DNA of 64,000 nt, from positions 2,108,001 through 2,172,000 of the forward strand of contig OZ374563.1 of assembly GCA_977862235.1 (NCBI GenBank). The letters run 5' to 3'. Below, piece by piece: positions 19,101-32,088 of this stretch (position 1 is its first letter; every line of letters begins with the position of its first letter). The position numbers were made by a program, and so were the translations under genes. A model generated the notes under the pieces. That model made no database searches. It was given only the letters and a program-made list of their open reading frames with translations, and was not told the DNA's origin. This DNA is from Dudresnaya verticillata (taxonomy: Eukaryota).

Positions 19101-20333
19101 TTGAAGAATAACATCATTGCTACGGGATCCTGATACAGTACAGATTCCTTGGCCGTTGGTATCTGTCTCGAAGATAACGCGATGTCCCTGCTTGCGAAGA
19201 CGACTAACTGAGATCAGGTTGCACATCAGTCCTGGAACATGTAGGACATTGGTCATTCGGATGTTGACATCACGGTCGCCGACTTTCGCGACACACAACA
19301 AGTCACCAATGGCAACAACTGGAGATTGGTTGCCGTTCCCTACCATTACAGATGATGGGCTTTGACTGATATTCTGGGTAAGGAAGTGCTCTGAGTTGTT
19401 CGTCATATGCGAGGAACAACCAGAATCAATATACCATTCATAAGGTGGCGAGGCAAGGACAGTAGTGTTAGCGGTTGCACATTTTGAGATGAACGTGATG
19501 TAATTTGACCCACTAGTAGCGGTGTTAGCATAATTTGCTGCTTCTGTCTCCTTCTGGTTCGAGCGCGGGTCGCGGAAGCTGCCTTGTGGTTTTCCATTTG
19601 CAGCACGAGGTCGATAGCGAGGGCTCTCTGGATTATCAAAACAGTCGGGCTTGATATGACCGAGTCGTCCACAGTAGTGGCATTTCTTCTTTCTGTTTTG
19701 TGTTGCTGCTAATGCAGTAGAACTTTCTCCATTTGCCGTGCTAACGTCGTCTTGCAAAATGTTGATTTCCTCAAGGACGAGTTGCGATATACATTCTTCA
19801 TACTTTGTGCCTGAGATCAACATTACTTTCTTCACAACATGATACTCCTCTCTAAGTCCTCGTAGTAAGGCCCTTTTGCGATCTCGCTCAGATATTGAAT
19901 GTCCAACTGATGTTAACTTTTGCTCCAGGTTAGTCAACCGATTTACGTAGCTCATAATATTCTCCGTCGGTAGCATGGTAACTGTCTGGTACTGCGTCAG
20001 ATAGGCATCAATTGATGCCTCCGAAATAACTTGAAACATAGACTCAAGAGTGTCCCAAACTTGCTTAGCGTCTCGTAAGCCAATAACACGGGCGCTAATT
20101 GAGTCGTCCACAGTGAGTAGTAAGTTTGTAAGAGCGACATCATGGCGACGTTGAAACTTTTCACCTTCATCGACGGAGGCACCTTCCGGTTTCTTCTCGG
20201 TGCCTGACACGATTCCCCAGAGCCCCTTGGCACGAAGTACTAACTCGATTTTACGAGACCATATGTAGTAGTTCTGGGATGTAAGCTTCTCAATACGATA
20301 GCGAGAGAGGTCTGTCCCACTTTCAGAATCCAT
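16176..20333 (-). CDS. Copia gag-pol polyprotein (1385 aa), copy 1
   Basis: Zinc knuckle CHYCGRLGHIKPDC; protease WYIDSGCSSHM; integrase WHERLGH..CDSC, HSDLVG, RTDNGGEF, NGKAER; RT LDVKAAFL, YVDD; RNase H TDSDFAG, EAEY, KHIDVKYHF, ADVMTK. Confidence 0.98.
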   Translation of the reverse strand: MDSESGTDLSRYRIEKLTSQNYYIWSRKIELVLRAKGLWGIVSGTEKKPEGASVDEGEKFQRRHDVALTNLLLTVDDSISARVIGLRDAKQVWDTLESMFQVISEASIDAYLTQYQTVTMLPTENIMSYVNRLTNLEQKLTSVGHSISERDRKRALLRGLREEYHVVKKVMLISGTKYEECISQLVLEEINILQDDVSTANGESSTALAATQNRKKKCHYCGRLGHIKPDCFDNPESPRYRPRAANGKPQGSFRDPRSNQKETEAANYANTATSGSNYITFISKCATANTTVLASPPYEWYIDSGCSSHMTNNSEHFLTQNISQSPSSVMVGNGNQSPVVAIGDLLCVAKVGDRDVNIRMTNVLHVPGLMCNLISVSRLRKQGHRVIFETDTNGQGICTVSGSRSNDVILQGLEHEDGLYRVTMNPTQVEADTHTAAISVEAKQKLWHERLGHVSPETIQHSLPLVNGLEISQCKFPSKCDSCLKGKSTRKVRFEATDEEQKSTQPLHLVHSDLVGPSRRRSIKGARHFVTLLDDHSSLSLVRFISGKGDASKALKEMLVELETVFGSKVKRLIARRVTADAYDPEFVRVKRMRTDNGGEFLSNKFKKWLSNRGTVHELTSSYSPESNGKAERLNRALLDMARTMLMAVSDIPDHESLWAEAVNTANYLRNRLYTRSCNSSNQTPYEVIMGKKPNLAHIRKFGCRAYVHIPKATRKSKFEPRAKVGLLVGYERGNSYKVYFVTDGKVVTSRDVSCDETYTGLDAVSEPEEETKHNFMELPDPEDDNNSLPDLADDSDDEEGELQSDHEDEEDRDSNSPSSVNTEELTHFPQLRRSNRASTTPARYGDIASIALNVRMGNESAEVPTTYKEAVGGPEKDQWVQAMNEEIAEIERKSTWMLVPLPTDAKAVQNRWVYFKKRDADHRVSRYRARLVAKGFSQRYGIDYEETFAPVAKYSTLRFLLSLAADEDLQMMQLDVKAAFLKGDLDEVIYMKQPEGFVNNEKRHFVYRLLKALYGLKQASRAWHRTIDTLLKTLGFFQSESDASLYILILDSIRLFVLVYVDDMLLVSASLSLMRKITTSIAEKVDIRVEKSVTKFLGIIIHRNRDLRCIQVSSPHMIREMVSKFGLQYAKSTTTPLPPGTILETPNVTDEGEWEPESVPFRELVGGLLHLANTTRPDIAFATSYLSRFMQKPSRVHWNAAKYVLRYLKGTEENGISFVSRSKDCVGLHGFTDSDFAGDRIERKSTSGFVFLSCGGAISWRSKKQSIVAQSSVEAEYVATSFAVREALWLQRLNKEFRADANKTFTLYTDNQGSMALAKNSVSNERTKHIDVKYHFIRDHIQKASIELQYISTENMVADVMTKALQKFKHTRFTSMMGISIDRC

Positions 20334-20426
20334 GTTGTGGGAAGACTGACGAAAAAACGAAACGACGAGTTGCTACGAAACGATAGACGGGACGTCAAGC
20401 GCAGATAGAATTGCGCGTACTAGAAC

Positions 20427-20435
20427 CCCATAACC
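20427..20435 (-). promoter_or_regulatory. Primer-binding site GGTTATGGG (initiator tRNA-Met half-molecule type)
   Basis: Abuts the 5' LTR (...CTAACA|GGTTATGGG). Complementary to the CCCAUAACC anticodon arm, as in Drosophila copia; no TGG 3'-CCA-type PBS. Confidence 0.8.
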
Positions 20436-20705
20436 TGTTAGATTTGTGTGTTGATGTGCCAACCAGTCTGGGCTACTCCCTGTTTATGGCTGGTCTTTAT
20501 ACGGTAAGCAAAGTCCTACTACTACATTTTCGAACCTTTGCTTGCACGGCAGGAGAGTCCTCTCCGGGTGATAATTCCGGGGGAGTCTCCTGAAGAGCAG
20601 GGCCGGAGAGTTTCTGCACTTCTGTCATTGTCAGGTAAACTGCATTGTTGTGGTGCATGTTGACCGTGATAAGTTCGTGTCACATTGAACATCATTGTGC
20701 CAACA
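20436..20705 (-). repeat. 5' LTR of copia copy 1 (270 bp)
   Basis: Direct repeat of 15893-16162, followed on the + strand by TSD GAATG. Confidence 0.97.
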
Positions 20706-23700
20706 GAATGCGCCTGTGCCCGACGTGAGAGTGGCAGCGGCTCGAAGACATAGCGCATGGTTAGCAGCTGTTCTCGCGCGTGAAGCAAGGAGTACATGCG
20801 GCTAGGAAAAGGGGAAACCCGACAAGGAGCGGCGTAAGGCGAAACTGTGACCACCAAAGCCCCTCCCCTCTCCAGGCCCCGTGCGTCGGTGCGCCTTGTA
20901 ACAGTCTGTGTGTGTGTCTGGGAAAGTACCTCTTGGACCTGGAGGATGCACAAAGGCGTCTTCCTTTTTTTGCTTCCCTAATACCACTGCTGATTTGAAA
21001 AAGAAGCTCACAAGAAGGTCCTATCCGGAAGAGGGCGGTAGGATTCACAAGCACATTTTTCTCCAGACTGAAAACATCAGCTGCTCTTTGATCAAGTAGT
21101 AACTCGAAGCGCTGTACGTATGAGCGAGCTTTCATTTCTGCGGCCATGAGATCGGCTGTTACAACATCTAGGCATACATCAGCGCATTACGTACGATGGT
21201 TCTTGTCGAAGGACAACGCGATTTTGTAAGCCTTCGCAGTGCTGGATCTGTATTAGAGAGCGTGGAAAGGGCGACTATTTCGAAGATAAGACATCCAGAT
21301 GCGGTGAGACCACGCCTACTGCCCAGTTCACGAAGATGTTCATTTACTATTGGGATGTAGAATAAGTACACGAAAGGTCGTCGGAAGTGAGAGATGGGAA
21401 CCTTTATTGTTTATGGTAGGGTGCGAAGTGAGGACTTGGAGGTTTGCAGAAATCTTGCAAAGCGCAATTGAAACGGACATACAACAGCGCCGGCATCAAC
21501 TTACGAGCAAACGATAGTATGTGTGTCTCAAAAGTAAGAACAATGCTCGTTCCGTACTTCCTATCCCCCAGATGCCTATGCCTTCCAAGTCTGGTATTTG
21601 ATTTCTCTACGCCTGCGTCTTCAAAGATTGTAACTGGCCCACACTGGCGATGCCGTTCCCCGATCAATGACTGACGGTGGACAGTTGTCAACAATAGTCC
21701 TTCCTATCGCTTCTTCGTGTATCCGCAATAGAAAATCTCGCAGAACGTACACTGCCCCGTCTCGCTTACCAGGTGGTAAGCCATGGTTTCCTTGATCTAC
21801 TGCCCCATCTCCTCCGTGTTGTCCATGATGTCCATGCCGTCTTTGTCGTCTTTGTCGTCCTTGGCGTCCTTGTCGCCCATATTGCCCTCGCCGTTCATGC
21901 GGCCATGCCGTCTTTGTCTTCCTTTTCGTCGTTGGCGTCCATGTCGCCCTTACAGTCCATGCTGTCCGTGTCGCCTGCAACCCACATGGTATTGAAGCCC
22001 TCCGTGCCTACATGTCCTCCATGCGGTCCTCCTCGCCCTTCTGCCCTTCCTCCTCGTTGTCCTCCTCCTACACTTCCGCCGTCGTGTGGAGCCTGAAGAA
22101 GGTCAACACGCCACCTCCATAAGTTCCCACCTGCTCCCTGAGGGTGTGCAGAATGTAGTCACGAGCTTGCTGCCCATCTCTCTCGGTTCCATCAACATAG
22201 GCCTGGATGGTGGCGTACAGGACGTAGACATTACCCTGAAAGATGAACGTGCACAGAATCGTCACCTCCTCCAGATCTGTGGCCTGGTTGTTGGCAATGC
22301 GCGGCGCGGAGAATCGCATCGCAGCCTCCGACATGATGTGGCTGACATTAATCCCAAAGCGAGTCCGCTCGGCCCAAAAAGGGTTCTCTTCCGCCGACGA
22401 GGAGTCCCCCCAAAAAAGGCTAACGCTAGCCATTTCGAGAACCCGTACAAGACCTGGTCGTACCGTACACGATAGTGATGCGTACTAATAGGAAAGAGCG
22501 AATGTTAGCAAAGGTTCGTCGCGTGTAACGAAGAGGGGTCAATGGCTTCTGCACAAACGAAACGGGGTGGCCAAGGAATTTGCGCCGCGGGAACGATTTT
22601 TTTGGCTTGATGTGTTGTAGCACTACCAGTCGGATCGAGACAGTTTGCTTTTGTAAGAAGCGCGGGAAATGTTCAGAAGAGCACAAACGATATAGACACA
22701 AACGGGTATCACCAGGCGAGGTGCTACCATGCTAATCTATCGGCCGAGATGAATCTGCTTCTGCGATTGTCCATTCTCGAACGCCCCCTTCGCACATAAT
22801 CAATGCTACTGTCACTCGCAAGCCATCCAACTCGAACATTTCCCGTTATGACGCCGAGCACCTCAGCTCTTCGCCAGTAGTGTGGAAAAATACTGTAAGC
22901 CGTTGCTCGGTTCTGTAAAGGGCAAGGGACACCCTGTCCCATACGCCACAAGCGTGGAAGTCGAGGTGCAACAGGCTGTTGATCAAGAGGCCGTCCCCGA
23001 AGCAGTCGGCCCAAGAGGACCTCAGGCCCGGGTGGGAGTTTGCAGCACGAAGAACAAGACTGACTGCCTCATAGTGTGGCCTTTGGAGGCCGCTTTGCCT
23101 AGGAGGAGCTTGACCAGAGGGCCTGGACACTTGGACTCAAGGGCGCAGAGAAATTCCCAAGTCCGAGCGACACGGTCATGGGCCGACCGATAGCAACCCC
23201 AGGTGATTGCTGCGTGCCGTAAACGGACATCTGCCGCGCGACGCCCGATTGCAACGCCACGTATATACCAAGGTGTTACACCTCTTTCCTGTGTGAGCGC
23301 GGTTCCGTTTGTTCGCAGATCGTTAATGCCCATCTCCGTTCACTTCGTGCAAGTGCGGATCACCGCACCGTGGATTGAGGTTTCCAAACTCTCTTCCACG
23401 CCTACCGGTTCCAGAAATACAAACAACACCGACACCGACCGAGTGTTGCCCTTCTTCCCAAGCAGGTCCACAAACGGGGCCTGCACGAAACAAAATCAAC
23501 GTCCGCCTTGAACGCCTTGGCTCTGTCCGCAAACATCAAGATTTGTGCTAGACCAGGCGCTGGCCTAGTAATTATCCAACACAATTTCCCGAGCGCTCCA
23601 CAATAAACTCGTAACGTTGCAGAGTCTACAGAAATTTCTTTCCAATGGAACTTCGCATAATCTTTCCAATGGAACTTCGCATAAGCCTTCTCACTTCCCG

Positions 23701-25384
23701 CATGTTTAGGCAGAGATGGGAGCTGAAAACGGTACTCATATTATTGTATCTCGCTTTGTGTTTCCCGGGGATGGCAACATAGTCAGGCTCAAAACAAACG
23801 CAAACACGAGATGGAGACCTTTATGTACAGGAAGTACTGCAATAGCCCCGTAAGGGGGCCTAACTAAATTCCATGCGAAAGGCGACGCTCGAAGAGTGTG
23901 TACGACGGTTAGCAGCCACTGCGACAGATTGAAGTACGAGAGAGGTGAGGTGGGTTAGAAGAGAGAGCTTCTCAGCTATCGACGAAGTATCCTTCATTAT
24001 AGGTAAGGAAATTCGCCAAGCGCTGAGCGCCTCGATCGAATCCAGAACCAATGGCATCTTAGATGCCAACCAGCCCACCACCATCGGATGGAGGTCTATC
24101 CGGCTCGTAGAACAAAATCGACGATAATGACGGACTTTCGCTTGCTCGCGAAACAAGACTCGGACCAATGGTTGGCTGGCTGGTAGTCTTGCAGTGGAAG
24201 GATTTCGTATGTCCGAAGATTGCGATCTGTTTCCGAAGTACGCAAGATGGTTATGCAGAGTTTCATAGTATGGTACAAACAGGGGAGCGACAGAATGAAA
24301 GAAGACATTGATATCGGACTCTGAAACTTGTTCAAATCTTATCGACATTCACGGAATGATTTCTTCATCGCAGGACTGCAAGCACGTACGTGTGTAGATA
24401 CAGGGAAGAGTTACTTTGCTTCTTGAAATGAGGGTCCTGAGAAAGCTAGTGCATACCCTCCAATTTCCGGGTCACAATATTAAAGACAAAGAGCTTCCAG
24501 GGTTAGCGAAAACGTTGTCTGATCTGCCAGAGTCTTGAGAAAAGGTCAGGGTTGTTGCACAACAAGGGTTGCGCACTACGAGGCGTTAGGTGCGTCGCAA
24601 TTGCCAGGTATTTCCGGGGCGGTGCCCTGGCAGGGCTTCTCTCCAGACGCATTGCAATGCCGGACAAGGGTGTGAGGGGGGAGCGGATTCTGTAGCGCCT
24701 CTTCTAAGGTCTCATTGTGCACATGGCTGAGGGTACTGAATAGAGCGCACTTAAAAGGCCGGTTCAGTAAAGCAGAATATCGCTGAATGCCTGTCATGCC
24801 TGCCAAGTGCTGTTGGCAATGGAATTGTCCGCTTTGAGGAGATCTGGGAAGGTAGGCAGATTTGGAGTTCAGCCTTCGAGTCTTTGAACGGCGGGCAGCA
24901 CCGGTGATAACAAGTTGCACGGATGCCACTACAAAAACTCAAAATAAAATGAAGATCTGTTGAACAAAATCCAACAAAACCTGAATCGTTACTGTAAACC
25001 GATCTTAAAATACTGTAAGGTCTGCGAACGCGTCGTGGAGTTCGGCACCATGTTGCCGCCGAGACAGGAAACCTCCGAGTTTGGAGTTGAGGGCAGTATG
25101 CAGCGATCCGTCGGTCCATAGCCGTAACTCTTTCCGCGCCTTTTCCGTCGTCCGCACGCGGCGCTTCGGTCTGGAATCCTCGATGATGAGTGAACATAAT
25201 TTACAATATAACCCTAGTGATGGGGGGGGGGAGGCAACAGTCACCCAGACTGTTTAACACAGGATTCCATACGCATTCACGCCACGACAAGCTCATCTTT
25301 CTCAACCCTCTCTCGATCAGCCATCCCTACTGGCAAAGCGACTACCTGAACTCCTTGCGTAGAGCAACATACCCAGGAATAAAT

Positions 25385-25783
25385 ATGGACGACGATCTGA
25401 CCAAGCGTTGCTACAAGGCCACTTGGCCGGGCAAGGGCAAGAAGCAGGATCCTTCCGTGCACGGTTCTTGCAATTCCGGCTACAAGTCTTCCAGCTCTAA
25501 GTCCGGCTCCAAGTCTTCAGGCTCCAAGTCCGGCTCCAAGAATTCAGGCTCCAAGTCCGGCTCCAACTCTGGCTCCAAGTCTTCTTTCAAGTCTTCTTCC
25601 AAGTCTTCCAAGTCCTCTAAGGCTTCGTCTGCACGTACATCCACTGGCTCCTCGTACAAGCATAGTTCCTCCTCGTACGGTTCGTCCAGCAAGTGCCGCG
25701 CGTGTCCATACTGCGGTTGTATTGCCCATTCCAGGGAGTCTCTCGACCAGCATATCAGGTGCTGCCATCCGCGTGCCTGCTAA
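25385..25783 (+). CDS. Ser/Lys-rich single C2H2 zinc-finger protein, copy 2
   Basis: Identical protein to 8049-8447. Confidence 0.8.
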   Translation: MDDDLTKRCYKATWPGKGKKQDPSVHGSCNSGYKSSSSKSGSKSSGSKSGSKNSGSKSGSNSGSKSSFKSSSKSSKSSKASSARTSTGSSYKHSSSSYGSSSKCRACPYCGCIAHSRESLDQHIRCCHPRAC

Positions 25784-28700
25784 CCCAGACCACAGCACAA
25801 GGAGCGACCTAAATGACTCATGCTCAGGGCTGCTTTGCACATAAATGATTCTCTTAATCTGAATCTGCACTAATTCCCATGTCACCCGCGTAGCAACACT
25901 CTATATAAACAAGTAGTAGATCAATCAACACCAATTCCCAAGTTGACTCGAGTTTTCTTGATGAGCTAGAAAGAGTAGTTCGCGCTGTGTCCCAGCGTAC
26001 GCTTTAATTTATCTCTCGAGCCACCAGCATATCCTTAATCCTGCCTCGATGCGTCAGATGTTAGCACGTTTTGGCAGCTGGATTGCTGTTGAAGTGTGGT
26101 ACACGCACGCATGGGAGATCTATAATGTAGAGCACTCCAGGTTGGCGCAGTCGGGGAGAACTGTCGAGAGATAGAGAGAGAGACCTTTATTAAAGAACAA
26201 GATAGAAGCCCCTTGATGGGGCTTAGGAATCAGAGTTACCGTAAAGAGGCGAGCGGGATGATTGCGTGTTGTAGGACTTCGTCTGTTCCAAATATGCTTT
26301 GACAGCGCTGATGATAAATTTCTCCTGAAGCCATCGCGTTACCTATCTTACTGGCTTAAGGTATCGCAATGAATCACACAATTCAAAGCGCGAGTTGGAA
26401 TGAGAGCGCGCAGAAAGGTGATCCTCAGGTCCCTGCCAAAGAGGGTGCCAAAGTCAGTCTCAAACTTGGCGAGAGGATGTACAGTGTGTCAGCATCGGCA
26501 GAGAGGGCTGGTGAGGTAGCACGCTGTGCTGTTGAGAGGGTACCAAAGCTGAGCACGAGCGAAGTTGCCATTTTGACAACAGCGTTAGAAGAGCTTTCTG
26601 CCAATAATAGTGAAACTTCAACCCATCGTGACAATCGTAACGCCCACGGAAAGGACCGGGTACAGACCATGGGAACGCGGGAGGTCTTCTGACGAGGGAA
26701 CATCCCCCTCTCTTCAAAGCGAGCCGAGCCCCAGGAAATCTCGGGCAACTGTGTCACTGCCGTGCCACCTCATACAGCATGGGATAAGGCCCTTTGAATT
26801 TCTGCACTGCGCACAGCTGGTTTACATGGTCGTATGCCGCAGTGTCGCACTACCACACAGCACGCATGACCCTGATCAAAACGAGACGCACGCCTACCCC
26901 CCATCAACCAGTCAAGCCCATCACATCCATCCCTGTGTGGGAACACAGTATCCTTGGCATTATCAAAGGCTTTTACCACACCCTCGAGCCCGATCAGTAC
27001 TAGTACAATTCAACAGAATATTGCAACTAAGCGTGGGGAAAGAAAAAAGAGCTCCCACGTTTAGCGGTATGGGGTGCAGTCGTGCGGTTCCCACAACCGC
27101 GCCCCCATACGCTTTCGCCACTCGCATGGTCTCGGCCCATACCTCTACCACACCCTCATACCCACGGTTCAGCCGCATCATCATGGACTTCTAAAGCAGA
27201 TGAAATTCCCGCAGTGCTGTTCCCTCATCCTTCGATTGAATTACAACCGCATTGCCCCCAGAGCCTGATGCAATACTCATGCATTGTCTTCCCAATGACA
27301 ATACTGAACAATTATGCGCTGCACATCCGCAAAGGCCCACAGCTTTTGTTGGTTATCATAGTCCTCCATGGGCAACAGGGCTCATACGCAGAAATTCCAT
27401 GGATATCTGCGGGATATATCCATGCTTGCAGCTCTCTAGAGATTGGAGATTATCGTTCTTCAAGTTCTTGCTCTCGAAAATGGCATGGAAGTCATGAAGT
27501 GTTAGGGAGATGACTCAAGGATGTAGATTCTTACTCCGGGCGGAAATTCAGGGCCACTAGCTTGCGACTGGCCGGGCAGAGAAGGGCTCGACCTCCGAGC
27601 AGAAGTGCATGTTAACAGTGCAGAAGTACATCATTGCGAGATTGGGAAATTTTCAAGCTTCCAGCCGACGGCAAGCTCTCTATCTCGGTTATTCGCTTCA
27701 TGTATTATGTACATACGAAACTCCAGGACGTAATGTTTCTTCGTTCTGCCGAGCAAGGTCTCGTAAATAAAGGGACCCAAGTTCCATAGGACCACCGTGA
27801 GGACGGAAATCTGTATCTCATACAGGGCATAGAACCTTTGACAACAAGAACTACCCATTTGGGATGGAATAGAGTCTTTTCTGATGGTATCCTCGGATCT
27901 CTCGGATATATTCTATCTCTGGACATGTTTGTCGTAAACAACATTCCATCTCGTAAGCAAGAGCACACCAAATTGTCTTGCGAAACTGATATAGCAAGCA
28001 AAGGGGCCGCTATTTCGGGTGGTCGGCGTATGACCACGCTTTTGAGCGGGGGCCAAAGGAACATCGTGCGACGTGTGATGAAAGATCCGATGAAAGCCGA
28101 AACCTTTCCTGAAAGCAAAAGAGGTCTGCGTGTGCTAAGATCTGGAACCAGGGGCAGGACTTCAGCATGTGTTTTGCTGAGGCCGAGGGCCTTGTTGGGT
28201 TGAACGGAGGAGATTGCTTGAAGGATTGATTGGCCGAAGGATCGGGGAACATAAAGCTTTCTTGGGTAACAGTGTTAGAGGCAGGAAACCTGGCCCAGAT
28301 TCCCCGTCGCAGCGGGCTGCAGCAGGGGTCCCATACCACATGTGGAGCGAGGCCAGGCGGCGCTTGTGTTGGCGGCGTTGTACACGGAATGCCAGAGCAA
28401 GTGAGGTGTCCGGATGGTGGAGCAAGGGTTGTTCGGAAGGTTTGTTGAAACACCAATACCGCAAGTGCAGCATGGAGTGAATACGGGGTTGAAGTCGTGA
28501 GCTCCCCCGTTAATGAAAACGGTGAAAAGGCCAAGCTTCGGACTGGGCGGTATCAGAGCGACCGGAAAAGGTTGACAAAAATGACTCGGCTATCACATCG
28601 CGGCAAGATCTGCGTAGATGATCAAGTTCCTGAGACCAGAAAGGTTCAAAATGTAGCGGTCTTTGCAGGCAGACACTCAGCCAGTGATTAATGGGGAAGC

Positions 28701-29422
28701 CAAGAGGATCAGCGAAGATGCGTTCAGCAGGATCGAGAGTTGCAGCAGAACGAAGACGAGAATGGTAGGAGGGAGCCGTGTGACGGGAACCGTTTGTGAT
28801 TACTCTTCCGCGTAGAACATCACCCATTTTCAAGAATAGCACTATAAGGACTGTTTTGGTACATGACCGAGGTTTCTTCTATTCCAACATCCGGATTGAG
28901 ACAACGAATTGGCTTGGCGTGGGTGACTTCAGGCCTTGCAGCGTCTCGTAGTTTTCAGTAGTCACGTCCGCCTGGCGTGTCCGTTGCTTGCAAGAGTGAG
29001 GTGAATCCCAAAAGGGACGAGCTTCAGAAATTGTCAAGTGACTTCCTTCACGAGAAGTCAGAGCAGGAGCTCCGAGGACTGGCATGAACTGCAGGAATGG
29101 GGATCTTGGTGTCGCAGCAGATATCCTCTCGGTGTTCTCAGGACAAACCCGTTGCTCCTCTGCTCCAAAAAAGGTACCGAAAGGAATCACTTGGCTTCCG
29201 ATGGACGCGGTAAGAGGGCAGCAGCGCAAACTGGATTCTTCTCCATGAACTGAAGCAAATCGTCCCGAAAAGGCTTACAGTTGGAATACACAGTTGGAAT
29301 GCGAGAGAGTTGGAATGCGAAATGATTTCTGCAGCACGAAATACTCCTTGATGGCAGCAGGTCTGATCCTTTGCTGCATAATGAGCATCTCCCTCTGATC
29401 CTTTGCGTTGCGAGGCGGGCAG

Positions 29423-31250
29423 CTTTCCATCGCTTCAACACGTCACCATCGGAGCATTTGTAAGTCAGCTCGTATGTTCATCTGTATTTCCACATCTCTA
29501 TTCCACTGCGAGTATCTTCTTCGGACCATACCACCTGTGACACTCTTGCTCAACAACGAGCTGCAGCGTTGAGCTGGCCGCCGTTCATCTCCGATCTTCG
29601 ACAAGTACGTGAATGCGAGGAATTCACTTCTTTTCCTCAAGAAACCATACCTTTTGCTACTAACCAAACCGGGCAAACCTTCAAGCCGTACAGGGACGCT
29701 CGCAAAAAACGCCAGTGCGCACGACACCTTCAAGTAAGCAACACAAAGCTCATTGGACCTTTGAGATACCCGCTCTCCCTCCCCTTTAGAACTTCGATTA
29801 TTTTCTGCAGGGGATATGGATAACCAGTTGAACATTGGTGGTATAAGGCTCAGTGCAGATGACTCGAGCGTTGGCTCCGTACCACAGAACGAACAGACAG
29901 AAAGCCAAGTAGGAGATACTGTTATCAGTAAGAACATTTGGAGTGACTCCGCAAGCAAATCACATGTCCAGACGAGACCCCCGTCTGCATGTGTCAGCGT
30001 TACTGAGGAAGTTAATGAAGTTATTCCTGATCGTACTATCGGTGATAGCGTCCCAGAATTCTGCTCGACACATGTACCCACGCCCGCTCCTGACAAGGTT
30101 ACGGGGTACTTGAGCCTTAAGGAAGAGCTTGACACGAGTACAGGATGCGTATCCGAATCGGATACGGGCAAAACACGATCACCTCCAAAGCGTATGTTCT
30201 TTATCTTTCTCTCTGCGAGTTCGAGGCCCATCATTACCCAACTTTCACGCCATCGGGATTTTGTTTCCTGTCCTCACCGCTAACAACTATTTCCGTTCAT
30301 CCTGCTTTCCCCTCATAGATGCAAATCCTTCAGGTCAGTATCACGAGTATGTCCATTCAGGAACCGGAGAAGTTTCAACCCTAATCGCAGATGGAAAACA
30401 ACTGTCTATTGAAGTTGAAGCTCCTAGCGAAATTCCAACGGTCACGATTGCGGAAAGAGCGCGAGTTACATTTCTTGAAGACTCATCTAGATTCAGAAGG
30501 GATGGAGAAATCTTTTCTGAGTTGTTCCACGTGCAAGATTCCTTCAATAAGGACAGCGACGAAACGGTCCATTGCGTTGACGTATCATCCAATTCGCAGG
30601 AACACCAGTATGCCTCCCACCCAGGGGAAGTTAATCCGAGGAACGAAGAAAGACATGACAGGGTTCAATCTGATGGTAGGTCCCTCCCGAAGGACAGGAA
30701 TAGTGTGAACAAATGGAAGGTAGCTGGAATTGTCTTACACGTCCGACAAGATGATACAGGTGGGCATATCAATCTGAAAGGAGCCCCAAACATTGGGACC
30801 GGAGAAGGGCAAACTAGTCATCAAGCAAAGAGGAAGAATATGAGGTATCAGCCTCATGTGTACAATCGTCTCAGGCAGTTGAGAATCTACAAGTTGAAGT
30901 ATGAAGCCGAACGGAAAAAGAAGAGAGAAGAAGAGGCGATTTCAAAATGTGAGGACAGCTCTGGAGAAGGGCAATGCCTGGATCTTCAAGGGGAAAGAAT
31001 TCCAAACTACGACGCGAAAAAGATGCGAGACACTAAAGAAGAGCCCCTTTCTACGTATACGGACAACGAAGGCTTACCTGCGGCTCAAAAAGACAACAAA
31101 GGGGTTGACGCATTTCTTAACGGAGATCACGAAATACAACCTGCTCAAGTCGGGCTTCGCTTGGCTAGTTCAGATGATAGAGAAAAAGTATTTGGGACTA
31201 TGGGAGAGCTGATAGAGTATCATGCCAACTTGGGAAAAGACAAGGCATAA
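29423..31250 (+). CDS. Multi-exon hypothetical protein, copy 2
   Basis: Copy of 12087-13914 at +17,336, with one H>L change (31117). Confidence 0.7.
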
Positions 31251-32088
31251 GCCTTTGCGCGGAAGTACGTCACTTTGATGTCGCCCTGCCCCCACCGCGT
31301 CACATACCCCCGTTGGCTCTACAGCTACCAGACCACCGCGATTGGAAGCTGACGATCCGCTAGAACTTGCGCACCTTCCCATTCCCACCAAGCTGCACCA
31401 CCACTGCAGCCCTAGTACGTATGCATGCCGTGAAGTTACAGCTTATATTCTCCCCAAGGCCCACTTCCGACATGTATAAATAGAGTTCGTCACCTCGCAG
31501 CTAGCACCATGATGGGCCTTTGCAGCCTGCGCAGGACCACCTAAAACAACAATAAACATGAATCATCACCATGAGTTTCCGATATAGCTCATCTGCCTTT
31601 CCCACGATATACTTCGAATTTTTCGCCGACGCCCTTGGGGCCATTACCCAACATCTCTGCCTCGAACTTTCCACAACTGCAAACCCGCACTCCGTAGAGC
31701 TAGGCCCCGATCTGACACGACTGCCTAGCTGAACCTGACCAAAGCACTGCTGACAGATTACGCCCACCTCGGCACTCACCCACGGTGAGCTTTTGTGTGA
31801 GCCGTTCTTGCCCGCGAAAGCCCACCAAAAACAACCAACAAGAACCTCTGTGCGAACCGAGTAATGCTTAATTTTAAACGTAGATACAGTAAAGCTCCAC
31901 GGCCTACTGACCGGAATGAGCGCTGGATCCCGTAATCTTTGAATCGCAGTATGGGTAGTAACGTTTTCGCACAGGAATGAAGAGATCCAATCCTCAACAA
32001 GCATGCATCCCTTTAATCACAAGATTCAGAGTAAAGAGAAATCTCTCATGCAGAAACACTCTTTGGGCGGAATCAAAAAGTCCTTTTC

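Larger units (their letters stand above)
15893..20705 (-). mobile_element. Full-length Ty1/copia LTR retrotransposon, copy 1 (4,813 bp; TSD GAATG at 15888-15892 and 20706-20710)
   Basis: Two 270-bp TG...CA LTRs, 5-bp TSD, PBS, PPT, and a single ORF in gag-PR-IN-RT-RH order. Confidence 0.98.

Noticed and set aside
16195..20233. Numerous short ORFs inside the copia element
   Set aside because: Alternate-frame or antisense shadows of gag-pol; no env-like or extra gene is evident.
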